Assembly (NCBI GenBank): GCA_018401745.1
Contig: JAGYJY010000008.1
Span: forward strand, 31,699-95,698
Direction of reading: 5' to 3'
Source: Pirellulales bacterium
GTDB lineage: Bacteria > Planctomycetota > Planctomycetia > Pirellulales > UBA1268
Length of the DNA stretch: 64,000 nucleotides
The notes beneath the pieces were generated by a model that did no database searches, was not told the origin of the DNA, and saw only the letters and a program-made list of their open reading frames with translations. Shown one piece after another: positions 26,975 through 37,291 of the stretch. Position 1 is the first letter of the stretch. Each line of letters begins with the position of its first letter. Made by a program: the position numbers and the translations under genes.

Positions 26975-28942
26975 TCACCCCTCCTTGGGATCGGACATGC
27001 CCTGAGCAAGCCGCCGCTGGGCGACGATCTGCTCGAGTAGTGCTGCCTCGGCGTCTGCGTCGAGGCTCTGTGTTTTCAGGATCCGGCTGGTTCGCTCGGT
27101 GTCGCGGCGAACGCTGCGAAGCCGGAGTGCTTCGCTCAGCTGTTTGAGTCGCTCGGGCGGCGCGATGCCCCGGTGGGCCGCTGCCGACTCGTCGACGTCC
27201 ACGAGCAGACTCTGCATCTCCGGATCAGGCAAGAGATCAAAAAGGCCTGCCAGCTCCACCCGACCGCACTCGTGGAAAAGCTGCCGGGCCGCCTCCAGCA
27301 CGGTCCTGCCAAACTGGGAGCCCAGGTCGTCGGCGGGCACCTCGCGGATCACGAGGCCAGCCCCCTCTGGCACGCTGACCAGCACCTCGAGCACCTCGCG
27401 ATCCCAAGGCGGGAGGGACTCGCGTTTGACAGGCCGCCGCTGCCGAGAGGCTTCGTCGCTTCCGCCGCTCCTGCGGCCGCTGGACTCGGCGAGATCCCGA
27501 ATGCGGGCCCGCAAGACGCCGCGGTCGAGGCCAAATCGACGCACGAGTCGGGCCACCACCTGATCTTCACGAACACGAAACTGCGAGACATCTCCACCGT
27601 GGCGTTTGACCGCCGAGGATGCCCGCGCGACCGCCATCAACACGCTCTCCACCGCCGTCAGGCAGGCGGTGTCGGAGGCGCCAACAGGAAGCTGATCGAC
27701 CGCCTCATCGAGCCGGTAATCGAGCGGATCCACGGCGGAGTCGACCACCGCCCGGAAGGCTTCGGCACCTTCGCCGGTGAGGAGATCGCAGGGATCCATG
27801 CCGGCGGGCAGACGAGCGATCCGCAGATCCACCGGCTCGGCGAGCAGCAGATCGAGGACCTCGTTGGCCCGGCGTCGGCCGGCCGCATCGCCATCGAGCA
27901 CCACCACCACGCGGTCGGCGTAGCGACGCAGCAGCTGCGCATGCCGCGGTCCGAGTGCCGTGCCCAGCACAGCCACCGTTTCCCTGACCCCCGCCTGCCA
28001 GGCAGCCAGGCAGTCGGTGTAGCCCTCCACGACGATCGCCCGACGCGACTCGGAGATCGCCTGGCGAGCCACGTCCATTCCGTAGAGCGTGTTGCTCTTG
28101 GAGAAGAGAGGCGTTTCCGGAGAGTTGATGTATTTGGCAGGCGGATCCCGCTGCGGGTTTTGGGTCGCCGAGGGGAGCACGCGTCCGCCAAACGCGATGC
28201 AGCGGCCCATCACGTCACTGATCGGAAAGATCACTCGCCCTCGAAATCGGTCGTAGTAGCCGCGACCGTCGGACCGCTCCACGACAAGACCGGCCCGCAG
28301 CAGGTCCTGCGGCCCGAGGCCAGTCTTGGCCGCCTGGGAAATCAGCCAGTCCCACCGCTCCGGAGCGAATCCAAGCTGAGCCGCCTGGATCGTTTCTTGC
28401 GAGAGTTCGCGGCCAGCAAGATACGCCCGGGCGTCGGCGGCCTCCTGCGACGACTCCAGGCAGCGGCGAAAGCAGTCGGCCGCAAACGTGAGCGTCCGCT
28501 GCATGCGGCCCCGCTCCGAGGCCTGGCCGCCGCGTTGCGACCGCAGCTCGATGCCCGCTCTGGCGGCGAGCTGCTCAAGAGCCTCGGGAAACTCGAGCCG
28601 CTCCATCCGCATCAGAAAGCTGAAGACATCGCCGCCGATGTTGCAGACCCAGCAGCGAAACGTCTGCCGCTGGGCATTGACCTGCAGACTCGGCCGGGAG
28701 TCTTCGTGCCATGGGCAAATCCCCACGAGGTTGCGGCCCTGGCGGCGGAGCGACACATAGCTGCCGACGAGGTCAGCGATGTCGGTCGCCTCGCGAATCT
28801 GCTCCTTCTGGTCATCACGAAAGTGAGGGCCTTCACCAGCAGGGGTCCGCGGCATCGGGCTGCCGCCAGCGCCCTCGGAACTGCCGCGATGAGAGGCCAG
28901 CGACGCTGCCGTATCGATCAGAGATCTGTCGGCGGAAGACAT
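26975..28942 (-). CDS. dnaG: DNA primase
   Basis: Zinc-binding CPWHEDSRPSLQV...FRCWVCNIGGDVFSF and a Toprim region (IVVEGYTDCLA...VLDGDAAGRRRA). Start uncertain: 28942, 28855 or 29002. Confidence 0.9.
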   Translation of the reverse strand: MSSADRSLIDTAASLASHRGSSEGAGGSPMPRTPAGEGPHFRDDQKEQIREATDIADLVGSYVSLRRQGRNLVGICPWHEDSRPSLQVNAQRQTFRCWVCNIGGDVFSFLMRMERLEFPEALEQLAARAGIELRSQRGGQASERGRMQRTLTFAADCFRRCLESSQEAADARAYLAGRELSQETIQAAQLGFAPERWDWLISQAAKTGLGPQDLLRAGLVVERSDGRGYYDRFRGRVIFPISDVMGRCIAFGGRVLPSATQNPQRDPPAKYINSPETPLFSKSNTLYGMDVARQAISESRRAIVVEGYTDCLAAWQAGVRETVAVLGTALGPRHAQLLRRYADRVVVVLDGDAAGRRRANEVLDLLLAEPVDLRIARLPAGMDPCDLLTGEGAEAFRAVVDSAVDPLDYRLDEAVDQLPVGASDTACLTAVESVLMAVARASSAVKRHGGDVSQFRVREDQVVARLVRRFGLDRGVLRARIRDLAESSGRRSGGSDEASRQRRPVKRESLPPWDREVLEVLVSVPEGAGLVIREVPADDLGSQFGRTVLEAARQLFHECGRVELAGLFDLLPDPEMQSLLVDVDESAAAHRGIAPPERLKQLSEALRLRSVRRDTERTSRILKTQSLDADAEAALLEQIVAQRRLAQGMSDPKEG

Positions 28943-29142
28943 GAGGCCTCGATCACCTGCACGCGAGCACACGAACATCGAGGCCCCACACTGCGGCCCC
29001 ACCTGCGTGGCGTCGAAATCTATGACCGTTGGGAAAACGGGTCAATCGCAGGATTCCGACGGACTCGCCGCCGCCTCCCCAGGCACCCGCAGCTCACCCA
29101 GGCTCTGCATTTTCTCGCCAAAACTGTCCGCCGTGAAGCGTC

Positions 29143-29682
29143 TCAGTTGGCCAGCAACCGATCCACGCTCTCCAGCAGACGGTCCATCGCAAAGGGCTTG
29201 CGGATGTAGTCATCAACGCCAAGCATCTCGGCATAGGCCTTGTGGCGGCTCCCCTCGTTGGCCGTGATCATGATCACCCGCACCGGCACCGGCCGGCTGC
29301 GACGCAGCTTCTCCAACACGAGAAACCCGCTGCGTTTCGGCATCATCATGTCGAGCACGACCAGATCGGGGTCTTCGCTTTCGGCCATTGCCAGGCCCTG
29401 ATTGCCATCACGGGCCACGAGAATCTCGTATCCCCTCGATTCCAGCACCGTTCGCATCGACTCCACGATCTCCGCATCGTCGTCGACCAGCAAAACCCGC
29501 TTGGACACCGCGGCAGTTCCCTCAGTTGACGACGGCAGCGGTTCGCTGGCGATCGGTTCGCTCTCGTCGCTGGCCTGCTCGGCTCTTGTTTGCTCCCCGG
29601 CATCAGCTGCAGCGGCCTTTGCCGACGTTTTCTTTGCGGCCGCACGCTTGCCGGTGGCCGTGGAACGCTTGGCTGTGGGCAT
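29143..29682 (-). CDS. Receiver-only response regulator with a Lys/Ala-rich N-terminal tail
   Basis: REC domain (VLLVDDDAEIV, DLVVLDMMMP with the phospho-Asp, ITANEG, KPF). No output domain. N-terminus PTAKRSTATGKRAAAKKTSAKAAAA. Confidence 0.8.
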   Translation of the reverse strand: MPTAKRSTATGKRAAAKKTSAKAAAADAGEQTRAEQASDESEPIASEPLPSSTEGTAAVSKRVLLVDDDAEIVESMRTVLESRGYEILVARDGNQGLAMAESEDPDLVVLDMMMPKRSGFLVLEKLRRSRPVPVRVIMITANEGSRHKAYAEMLGVDDYIRKPFAMDRLLESVDRLLAN

Positions 29683-29789
29683 GATGTCCTCTCGGGTCCT
29701 GAAGGCGACTGCCGTCGCCCGAATCCATCTCTGCCCAGAGTAGCACACGGCGGTGGCCCGCAAGAATCCTCCGCGGCCCAAATCCCCGC

Positions 29790-30527
29790 TTACGCAGACT
29801 CGCTGCCGAGGGCTGTCGGCTGAGGGCCCGCGGCCCGGGGGGACACCATTCCGGCGCAGGCCGCAGCCACGGCCACCCCGAGCGCGGCACCGCAGGCCAC
29901 GTCACTGGGGTAGTGGGCGGACGCGGCGATCCGCTGAAAGCAGGCCGTCGCCCCCACGCCGGCAAACAGCCAGCGAGCCCGGGGGTGCAGCATCGCCAGC
30001 GTGCAGCCCAAGCCCGCAGCCACCGCCGAATGTCCTGAGGGAAAGCTGTGGAGATCAGAGCCCCCGATGCCCTCGGGGGTGGCAAACGTTCCCAGGGCTG
30101 TCTGCACAGCCGAAAAGTCGAGGGCCCTCGGCCGCACGCGATCGACCATCAGTTTGATCAGATCGGTGACCAGCCCACCCCCAAACGCACCGAGCACCAC
30201 ACCAGTGAGGCGGCGGCGGCCCTGGCCTCCGTGGAGCCGCTCATCGAGCAGCCACACCGTGAGCAGAATCACCCCCGCTCCCACACCGTGGGCAAAGACC
30301 TCCGAGAGCATCACCGCCTTGCCGAGGTCGCCGGGCAGCCGCGACGTGCGAAACCAGGCGGCAACGGTCAGGTCGAAGGGAGCGACCAGCACTCCAGCCA
30401 CCAGCAAGCCGGCGGCGAGCCCCAGCAAGGGCCGCGTCCAGCGGTCGGATTGCGAACCGCGGCTCCGACCGTCAACAATCGCTGGTGCATCACCGGGTGT
30501 GGCTGAGATGTCGCTCACGGCACTCAT
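29790..30527 (-). CDS. PAP2-family membrane phosphatase
   Basis: KxxxxxxRP-like (KLMVDRVRP), FPSGHS and HYPSDV motifs; multiple TM helices. Confidence 0.75.
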   Translation of the reverse strand: MSAVSDISATPGDAPAIVDGRSRGSQSDRWTRPLLGLAAGLLVAGVLVAPFDLTVAAWFRTSRLPGDLGKAVMLSEVFAHGVGAGVILLTVWLLDERLHGGQGRRRLTGVVLGAFGGGLVTDLIKLMVDRVRPRALDFSAVQTALGTFATPEGIGGSDLHSFPSGHSAVAAGLGCTLAMLHPRARWLFAGVGATACFQRIAASAHYPSDVACGAALGVAVAAACAGMVSPRAAGPQPTALGSESA

Positions 30528-30615
30528 CGCATGTGGATCGTTAGGCCGAGGCCTCCTCGACACAGGGCGATCCTTGCATGCGAGCCCTGCTGACGCCAAG
30601 TCCAGCCCCACGCCG

Positions 30616-32247
30616 TCAGCCCCACAACGAGCGATCGAGCAGCCTGTAGTTGATCGCCTCGCTCACATGGCCGGGGCCGATGAGATCATCGCTGCCTGCG
30701 GTCGCCGGCTGATCGAGGTCGGCGATCGTCCGCGCCACGCGGAGGATGCGGTCGTGGGCCCGGGCTGAGAGCCCAAGGTCGCTGACAGCTGCCCGCAGCA
30801 GCTCACGTGCCGCCGGATCAAGGCGACAAAACTGCCGAATTTGCCGGGCATTCATGCGAGCGTTGCACCGCACCGGCAGGCTCCCCACGAGACCGGACAC
30901 CGGTATGGCAGATCCGGTGCTGACAGAGCCGTCGCCAGACCGCTCGAAATCGGTCGTGCCAAACCGCATGGCCTGACGAGCCCGGGCCGCCAGCACCACC
31001 TCGCGCATCGTCGCGCTCGACGTTCCAGCCCGGCTGGCCGCCAGATCGCGATAGGAAACGGCGGGCACTTCCAGCTGGATGTCGATCCGGTCAAGCAGAG
31101 GGCCCGAAATCTTGCCCATGTATTTTTCCACCTGCGGCGGCGAGCATTGGCAGTCGCGCCGCGGATCGCCTCGATAGCCACACGGGCAGGGATTGAAGGC
31201 TGCCACCAGCATGAAGTCGGCCGGAAACCGGCTGCTCGCCTGGGCCCGGCAGATGGTCACGGCCCCCTCCTCAAGCGGCTGCCGCAGCACTTCGAGCGTG
31301 CGGCGGTTGAACTCCGGAAGCTCATCGAGAAACAACACGCCGTTGTGCGCAAGGCTGATCTCACCGGGCATGGGAATCGAACGGCCTCCCACCAGACCGG
31401 GCTCGCTGATCGTGTGATGGGGAGCGCGAAACGGCCGCGTGGCCAGCAGCGGCTGGCCGGCCGAGAGCAGGCCCACCGCGCTGTAGATCCTGGTCGTCTC
31501 CACCGACTCACTCGGTGAGAGCGGCGGCAGAATCGTAGGCAGCCGCCGCGCAAGCATGGTTTTCCCGCCACCAGGAGGCCCCACCATCGCCACGTTGTGC
31601 CCGCCGGCGGCGGCGACGAGCAGGGCACGCTTCGCCGCTTCCTGCCCGCGGACGTCGGCAAAGTCGACGTCGTAGTGGGCAAAGCGGTCGAACCACTCGT
31701 CGAGCCGGGGAGGCGTGGGGGCGAGCGGCAGGTCGCCCGAAAAGAAGCCCACGGCCTCCGCCAGCGAGGCCACCGCAATCACCTCAACGCCCTCCACAAC
31801 CGCCGCTTCGACCGCGCTCGACGCCGGCACGACCACACCACGGAGCTGCTTTCTGCGGGCCGCAGCGATCGCCATCGAAAGAGCGCCACGAGCCGGCCGC
31901 GTGGTGCCCTCAAGCGAGAGCTCCCCTACGACTGCGTAGTCGTCGAAGCGTTTCGCCTCAAACTGCCCGCTCCCGGCAAGAATCCCCAGCGTGATCGGCA
32001 GGTCGAAGGTGGCTGCCTGCTTGGGCAACTCGGCCGGAGCGAGGTTGACGACAATGCGATCCTGCGGCCGCTGAAAGCCGGAGTTGATCATCGCCCGGGC
32101 CACCCGATGGGTGCTTTCCCGAATCGCCGCATCGGGAAGGCCGACAAGCACGGTTGCAGGCAGGGCCCCGTGTGAGACGTCGACTTCGACATCGACGGGG
32201 ACTGCCTCAATGCCGAGCATCGAAAAGGTTTGAAGCTTCGCAAGCAT
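30616..32247 (-). CDS. comM: YifB/ComM-family Mg-chelatase-like ATPase
   Basis: MLAKLQTFSMLGIEAVPVDVEVDVS N-terminus, Walker A VGPPGGGKTMLA, VLFLDELPEF, and a C-terminal ChlI-like region. ATG 32247 is preceded by GGGAGA. Confidence 0.85.
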   Translation of the reverse strand: MLAKLQTFSMLGIEAVPVDVEVDVSHGALPATVLVGLPDAAIRESTHRVARAMINSGFQRPQDRIVVNLAPAELPKQAATFDLPITLGILAGSGQFEAKRFDDYAVVGELSLEGTTRPARGALSMAIAAARRKQLRGVVVPASSAVEAAVVEGVEVIAVASLAEAVGFFSGDLPLAPTPPRLDEWFDRFAHYDVDFADVRGQEAAKRALLVAAAGGHNVAMVGPPGGGKTMLARRLPTILPPLSPSESVETTRIYSAVGLLSAGQPLLATRPFRAPHHTISEPGLVGGRSIPMPGEISLAHNGVLFLDELPEFNRRTLEVLRQPLEEGAVTICRAQASSRFPADFMLVAAFNPCPCGYRGDPRRDCQCSPPQVEKYMGKISGPLLDRIDIQLEVPAVSYRDLAASRAGTSSATMREVVLAARARQAMRFGTTDFERSGDGSVSTGSAIPVSGLVGSLPVRCNARMNARQIRQFCRLDPAARELLRAAVSDLGLSARAHDRILRVARTIADLDQPATAGSDDLIGPGHVSEAINYRLLDRSLWG

Positions 32248-32366
32248 GATCATTCTCCCTGGCACAACAGCGGCGGCGAGATGGGCTACATTGCCCCTCG
32301 GCTGGACCTTCCGCAGACGGAGACATTCCGTCGCACAATCGCCACCACGCCACAGAAAGTGTACGC

Positions 32367-34687
32367 ATGTTCATTCTTCATGCAAGCAGCCGGTCTGCCA
32401 ACTCGTTTCACGGTCTCGCGAGCCTGCGACGGGTGCTGACTGTGGCCCTGCTGGCACTCGGGAGTTCCCCTGCCGTGGCAGCCGCAGCCGACACCGCTTC
32501 CACTGGAGAGACGCCGATGCCCGCCACAAACCAGACCACCAGTGACGATCCGCACCTCTGGCTTGAAGAGGTGCTCGGCGACGACGCCCTGGCCTGGGTG
32601 CGGCAACGCAACGAGCAGACACTCGAGCAGCTGGCGAAACGCCCGATGTTCTCCAGCCTTGAGGCGACGCTGCAGACGATTCTCGACGACGACCAGCGGA
32701 TTCCCGCGGTCACGAAGCGGGGCGATTTTTTCTACAACTTCTGGCGAGACAAGACTCATCCGCGAGGCCTCTGGCGCCGGACGACGCTGGCGGAATACCG
32801 TCGCCACGCCCCTGCCTGGGAGGTGCTGCTCGACCTTGATGCCCTCGGTCAGCAGGAAGATGAAAACTGGGTCTGGGCCGGCGCCAAGGTGCTCAGGCCT
32901 GCCTGCAGCCGCGCCCTCGTGCAGCTCTCCAGAGGCGGTGCCGACGCCAGGGTGGTCCGCGAGTTCGACCTGACGACGAAGCAGTTTGTCGATGATGGCT
33001 TTGAGGTGCCCGAGGCGAAGGGCTCGGTCAGCTGGATCGACGACAACCACATCTTCGTGGCCTCCGACTTCGGTCCCGGCTCGATGACCGACTCCGGCTA
33101 CCCACGCACCGTTCGCCTGTGGCAGCGGGGCACACCGCTGGCCGATGCGACCGTGGTCTTTGAGGGCAGCCCTCAGGACATGTCGGTGTCGGCCTTCCAC
33201 GACGATTCCCCTGGCTACGAGCGGGACTACGTGCGGAGGACCCCGTCCTTCTACGCCGACGAGATGTTTGTGCGGGAGGCCGATAGCCGCCTGCGGAAGA
33301 TTGAGGTGCCCGACTCCGCATCCAAGGGCATCTTCCGCGGCCTCCTCACGGTGGAGCTCCGCGAGCCCTGGCAGCATGGCGGCACCACCTATCAGGCCGG
33401 CACGCTGCTGCTGGCAGACCTGGAGTCGTTTCTGGCGGCCGAAAGTGGCACGGTCCCGCCTGAGCAGCGTCCGCTGGCTGTGGCCTTCGAACCCGATGCG
33501 CGGCAGGCCCTGGCCGCAGCGACCTTCACCAAAAACGCGCTGGCGCTGACGATCCTGGCGGACGTGAAGAACCGGGTGGAGGTGATCGACCTCAGCGGCT
33601 GCGACACGGGGTCGCCCGCCGAACGCATCGCTCTGATCCGCCAGACGGTGTCAGACCACCGCATCCTTCGCCGCAGGTCCGGAGATCGGCACCGTCAGCC
33701 TCGGTGCCGTCGACGCCGACGAGTCCGATGAGGTCTTCGTGACCACCACTGGCTTCCTCGAGCCGACCGCACTCGCGCTGGGCTCGCTGGCCTCTCCCGA
33801 AGCCCTGACGGAGCCCCTCAAGGAGCTGCCGAGCTTCTTCGAAACCGCAGGGCTCAGCGTGCAGCAGCACTTCGCCACGAGCGATGACGGCACCCGCGTT
33901 CCCTACTTCCTGATCGGCCCGGCCGAGAAGCTCGCAGGCGCAGGGGCGGGCGACGCAGCCGTGCCATCCGGCAGTCCCACGGTGCTCTATGCCTACGGTG
34001 GCTTCGAGATCTCCCTCCTGCCGCGCTACGACCCTCTTGTTGGCAAGGCCTGGCTGGAGAAGGGCGGGGTGTATGCCATCGCCAACATCCGCGGTGGGGG
34101 CGAGTATGGCCCTCGCTGGCACCAGGCCGCGCTCAAAGCCAACCGGCTGCGGGCCTACGAGGACTGCGCGGCGGTCGCCCGCGACCTCATTGAGCGGGAC
34201 ATCACCACGCCAGCGCAGCTGGCCGTCAAGGGTGGCTCCAACGGTGGCCTGCTGGTGGGCAACATGCTCACCAGCTATCCGCAGCTCTTCGCTGCAACCG
34301 TCTGCCAGGTGCCGCTGCTCGACATGCAGCGGTATAGCCAGCTGCTCGCGGGGGCGTCGTGGATGCAGGAATACGGCAATCCCGACAAGCCAGAGGAGTG
34401 GGCGTTTCTCAAAAACTTCTCCCCCTACCACAAGGTCGAGGAGCGGGGCCTCGCGAGGCCGGCCTATCCGATCACGCTGCTGCTGACCTCCACTCGTGAT
34501 GACCGCGTGCATCCTGGGCACGCCCGCAAGATGATGGCCAAGCTGGAAGCAGCTGGGGCATCCGGCCCTCTACTACGAAAACATCGAGGGAGGCCATGGA
34601 GGCGCAGCGACCAACAAGCAGCAGGCCTTCATGCAGTCGCTGGCCTGGACATTTCTTGCCGAGCAGCTGGGCCTGACGAGCGACTGA
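32367..34687 (+). pseudogene. Prolyl oligopeptidase (S9) family serine peptidase, reading frame broken twice
   Basis: Signal peptide and propeller half in ORF 32367..33731; catalytic half (GGSNGGLLVG nucleophile region, DDRVHP) in ORF 33739... The first break lies within 33637-33690. Removing one G from the GGGG at 34555-34558 restores ...EAAGHPALYYENIEGGHGGAATNKQQAFMQSLAWTFLAEQLGLTSD with a stop at 34685-34687. Confidence 0.8.
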
Positions 34688-34746
34688 GTCGGTCTCGGTC
34701 GCCAGCATGCGACGGACCGCTGCGACGGACCACTGCACAGTGGCGG

Positions 34747-35430
34747 TCAGCCTTCGGGCGGCCGGCCATCCAAGGCGGCTTTGACTGCCAGCCGTGCCTG
34801 CCGCCATCGCGTTTTGATCGTTCGCGTGGAGCAGCCGATCACGGCGGCCGCGGTCTCCTGGCTCGCGCCCATATACCAGACGAGATCAAACACCTCGCGG
34901 GCGTCGGGTGGAAGCTGCTCAACCGCTTCATGAAACGCCGACCATCGCTCCAGCGGCTCCTGGCGAGCCGGAGCCTGATCAACCGCGTGCTGCAGCCCGC
35001 CGGAATCATCCTCGCCGATCACGTTGGTGCCGTGATTGGCCTCATACGCCCCCTGGCTGGTGGAGCGGCGGGCCAGGTCGACGAGCTCACGATGCATCTG
35101 CGTGCCGGCCAGCGCGAGCAGGCCACGGGCCGATGTCGGCTGCGTGTCGGCAAGGGCGCGATGCAGCCGCATCGCCGCAGCCTGGAAGAGATCGTCGGTG
35201 TCGTTCCAGCGACGAACCCGCGGAAACCGGGAGAGCATGCGATGGGCGAGGAGGTGAAGCCGCTCGCTGCACAGCTCGATGACGCGGCCGCGAGCCTCGA
35301 GGTTGCCCAGCGCGATCTCTTCAAGGCAGCCGGCAATCTCATCCGCAAGCACGCCGGAATCTCGGCTGGCCGGCCGGTGAACGCTGCTCGTGCCCGACGT
35401 TCGGTCGTGCTGCTGCATCGGGAAATCCAT
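34747..35430 (-). CDS. ECF-type sigma-70 family sigma factor
   Basis: Region 2 (DTDDLFQAAAMRLHRAL) and region 4 HTH (EVFDLVWYMGASQETAAAVIGCSTRTIKTRWRQARL). Confidence 0.8.
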   Translation of the reverse strand: MDFPMQQHDRTSGTSSVHRPASRDSGVLADEIAGCLEEIALGNLEARGRVIELCSERLHLLAHRMLSRFPRVRRWNDTDDLFQAAAMRLHRALADTQPTSARGLLALAGTQMHRELVDLARRSTSQGAYEANHGTNVIGEDDSGGLQHAVDQAPARQEPLERWSAFHEAVEQLPPDAREVFDLVWYMGASQETAAAVIGCSTRTIKTRWRQARLAVKAALDGRPPEG

Positions 35431-35532
35431 CGGTTTGGTGAGGGAGCGATGGCATGCCCTTAAAAAAGTTGCCCCTCCCCGCCCTGATTCTCGCCTACGA
35501 AAGTAGGACGTGTCGACCGCAGGGTGGGGATT

Positions 35533-35991
35533 ATGAACATCAACGTTCGTTCGCGGCAGAGCTTAAGCGGGGGAATTCCAGCACTTGACGACCGGTTGGC
35601 AGCACGCCGGCGGCTTCCGGCAGAGCGATCAGCCAGCCCTCTTGACGGTCAGGAAAGCGGCGAAAAATCGCACGAGACCGGGCAGAAAGCCCTCATCGAC
35701 ATCGACGACGCTGCCCCCTGGAGGCGACGAGGGCGACTCGGGATCGACACGATGGAGCCGCCTCCTCGACAGTGGGGTGAGTTTGACGACGACGCCTCGC
35801 TGCTTGGGCTGGCCGGCTACGACCACGATGCGGTGAGAATCATCATGGCGGCTCAACTCCGGCTCGGCTTGCTGAGAATGAGGCGACAGACCGCCGAGGT
35901 TCGCGATCGCGCGCGACGCATCGCTCGAGCGAGAGACATGCTGCTGCGAACCGCCGTCCAGCTGCAGCACCCGCCGGCATCACCACGCTAA
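35533..35991 (+). CDS. Hypothetical Arg-rich protein (weak call)
   Basis: ATG at 35533, divergent from the ECF sigma gene. Third-position G/C bias is visibly weaker than in neighbouring genes. No recognisable motifs. Confidence 0.3.
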   Translation: MNINVRSRQSLSGGIPALDDRLAARRRLPAERSASPLDGQESGEKSHETGQKALIDIDDAAPWRRRGRLGIDTMEPPPRQWGEFDDDASLLGLAGYDHDAVRIIMAAQLRLGLLRMRRQTAEVRDRARRIARARDMLLRTAVQLQHPPASPR

Positions 35992-36240
35992 CTGCCCTCA
36001 AAGGCACCTTCCGCTCACCCTTCCCACATCGGCGGCCTGCAGCCAAAGTTCGCGGGGCCAGCACTCGCTGCATTCGTGGCCGGCAAATCCGGTTCTCAGG
36101 CGGCCAACCTCATCGGCGAGCGGTCTCGCGCCCCAAGGCCACGGACTGGACAGCCGCAGCGCTCCTCCGCGACACTCGTGGAGTTGAGCTGCAACGGTGG
36201 TAACGCCGTGGCCGGAACTATCGCACACGAGGGGGCTGAA

Positions 36241-37062
36241 ATGCGTGCAAACGTCTGTGGGCAGCAGAGGCGACGGGCCGCTGCCGTGAGGATCGCTGTT
36301 GAGTCGGGCCGCTGCCTCAGCGACTTCGCATGGCTGCCTACGAAACGGCTGTCTGCTGCGGCGTTGACAGCCGCTACCGCGGTGGCGATCACCACGCTGA
36401 GCATCGGCCCGACGCTCTGCCAGGCCGACGAGCCTTCCGCAGCCGGCAACGACCAGCCGGCGGCCGTTGCGGAAGCGACCGACAGCTGGCAGCCTCTCTT
36501 CGACGGGAAGACCCTCGCAGGCTGGAAATCGACGGCGTTTGGCGGCGAGGGAGAAGTCTCGGTGAAGGAAGGTGCGATTCGCATAGAACGCGGCTCAGAA
36601 CTCAGCGGCATCACCTGGCAGCAGGAGTTTCCCAAAGACGGCTACGCGATCACCCTCGAGGCGAGCCGCGTCGACGGCTACGACTTTTTCTGCGGGCTGA
36701 CCTTTCCTGTGGGTGAAGAGCCGTGCAGTTTCATCGTCGGCGGCTGGGGCGGAGGCGTGGTCGGTCTCTCCAGCATCGATGGAGCCGATGCGGCCCACAA
36801 CGACACCACCGAATGGAAGGAGTTTGAAACGGGCAAGTGGTATCGCATCACGATCGAAGTCGGAAAAGACGCGATCCGCTGCTGGATCGGCGATGAGCAG
36901 CTGGTCGATCAGCCGCGCGATGGCCATGAGTTTTCGATTCGCCCAGAGGTGTTTCTCTCCAAGCCTCTGGGCATCTCCTGCTACGGCACGGTGGCCGCCA
37001 TTCGTGACGTCCGCTACCGACTTCTCGATGCCAAAAGCGACACCGACCGCCCAAGTAAATGA
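36241..37062 (+). CDS. DUF1080 (3-keto-disaccharide hydrolase-like) secreted protein
   Basis: WQPLFDGKTLAGWK, a GAIRIE...G region, a WYRITIEV core and a terminal IRDVRYRLL. Signal-like N-terminus. ATG 36241 is preceded by GAGGGGG. Confidence 0.75.
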   Translation: MRANVCGQQRRRAAAVRIAVESGRCLSDFAWLPTKRLSAAALTAATAVAITTLSIGPTLCQADEPSAAGNDQPAAVAEATDSWQPLFDGKTLAGWKSTAFGGEGEVSVKEGAIRIERGSELSGITWQQEFPKDGYAITLEASRVDGYDFFCGLTFPVGEEPCSFIVGGWGGGVVGLSSIDGADAAHNDTTEWKEFETGKWYRITIEVGKDAIRCWIGDEQLVDQPRDGHEFSIRPEVFLSKPLGISCYGTVAAIRDVRYRLLDAKSDTDRPSK

Positions 37063-37081
37063 TTCGTGCGGCTAGCTGTCT

Positions 37082-37112
37082 GTGGAAAAAGCCATCCAAG
37101 GCCTTTTTCCAC
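37082..37112. terminator. Possible bidirectional hairpin between convergent genes
   Basis: GTGGAAAAAGCC-ATCCAA-GGCCTTTTTCCAC forms a 12-13 bp stem with one bulge between the DUF1080 stop and the mdh stop. No clean trailing U-run. Confidence 0.35.
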
Positions 37113-37291
37113 CTGGGCAACACCCGAAAACGCCGAGGGTTTTCAGGGTTGCCGATCGCCGCATCCTGCGGCGGCGGACTATTTCCACAGTCTGCTAGCG
37201 AGGACAAGCACCCGTGGACACGCACCGACGGCTTCATGAGCCGCGATGACGACCGCGACTGGTGCGCGGAGCCCGCATACCAGCTGGCGGC

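Noticed and set aside
34690-35463. 3' two-thirds of the 574-aa ORF 33739..35463 as part of the peptidase
   Set aside because: After the GGGG indel at 34555-34558 the true peptidase frame ends at 34687. The remainder of the ORF is the antisense shadow of the ECF sigma factor gene.
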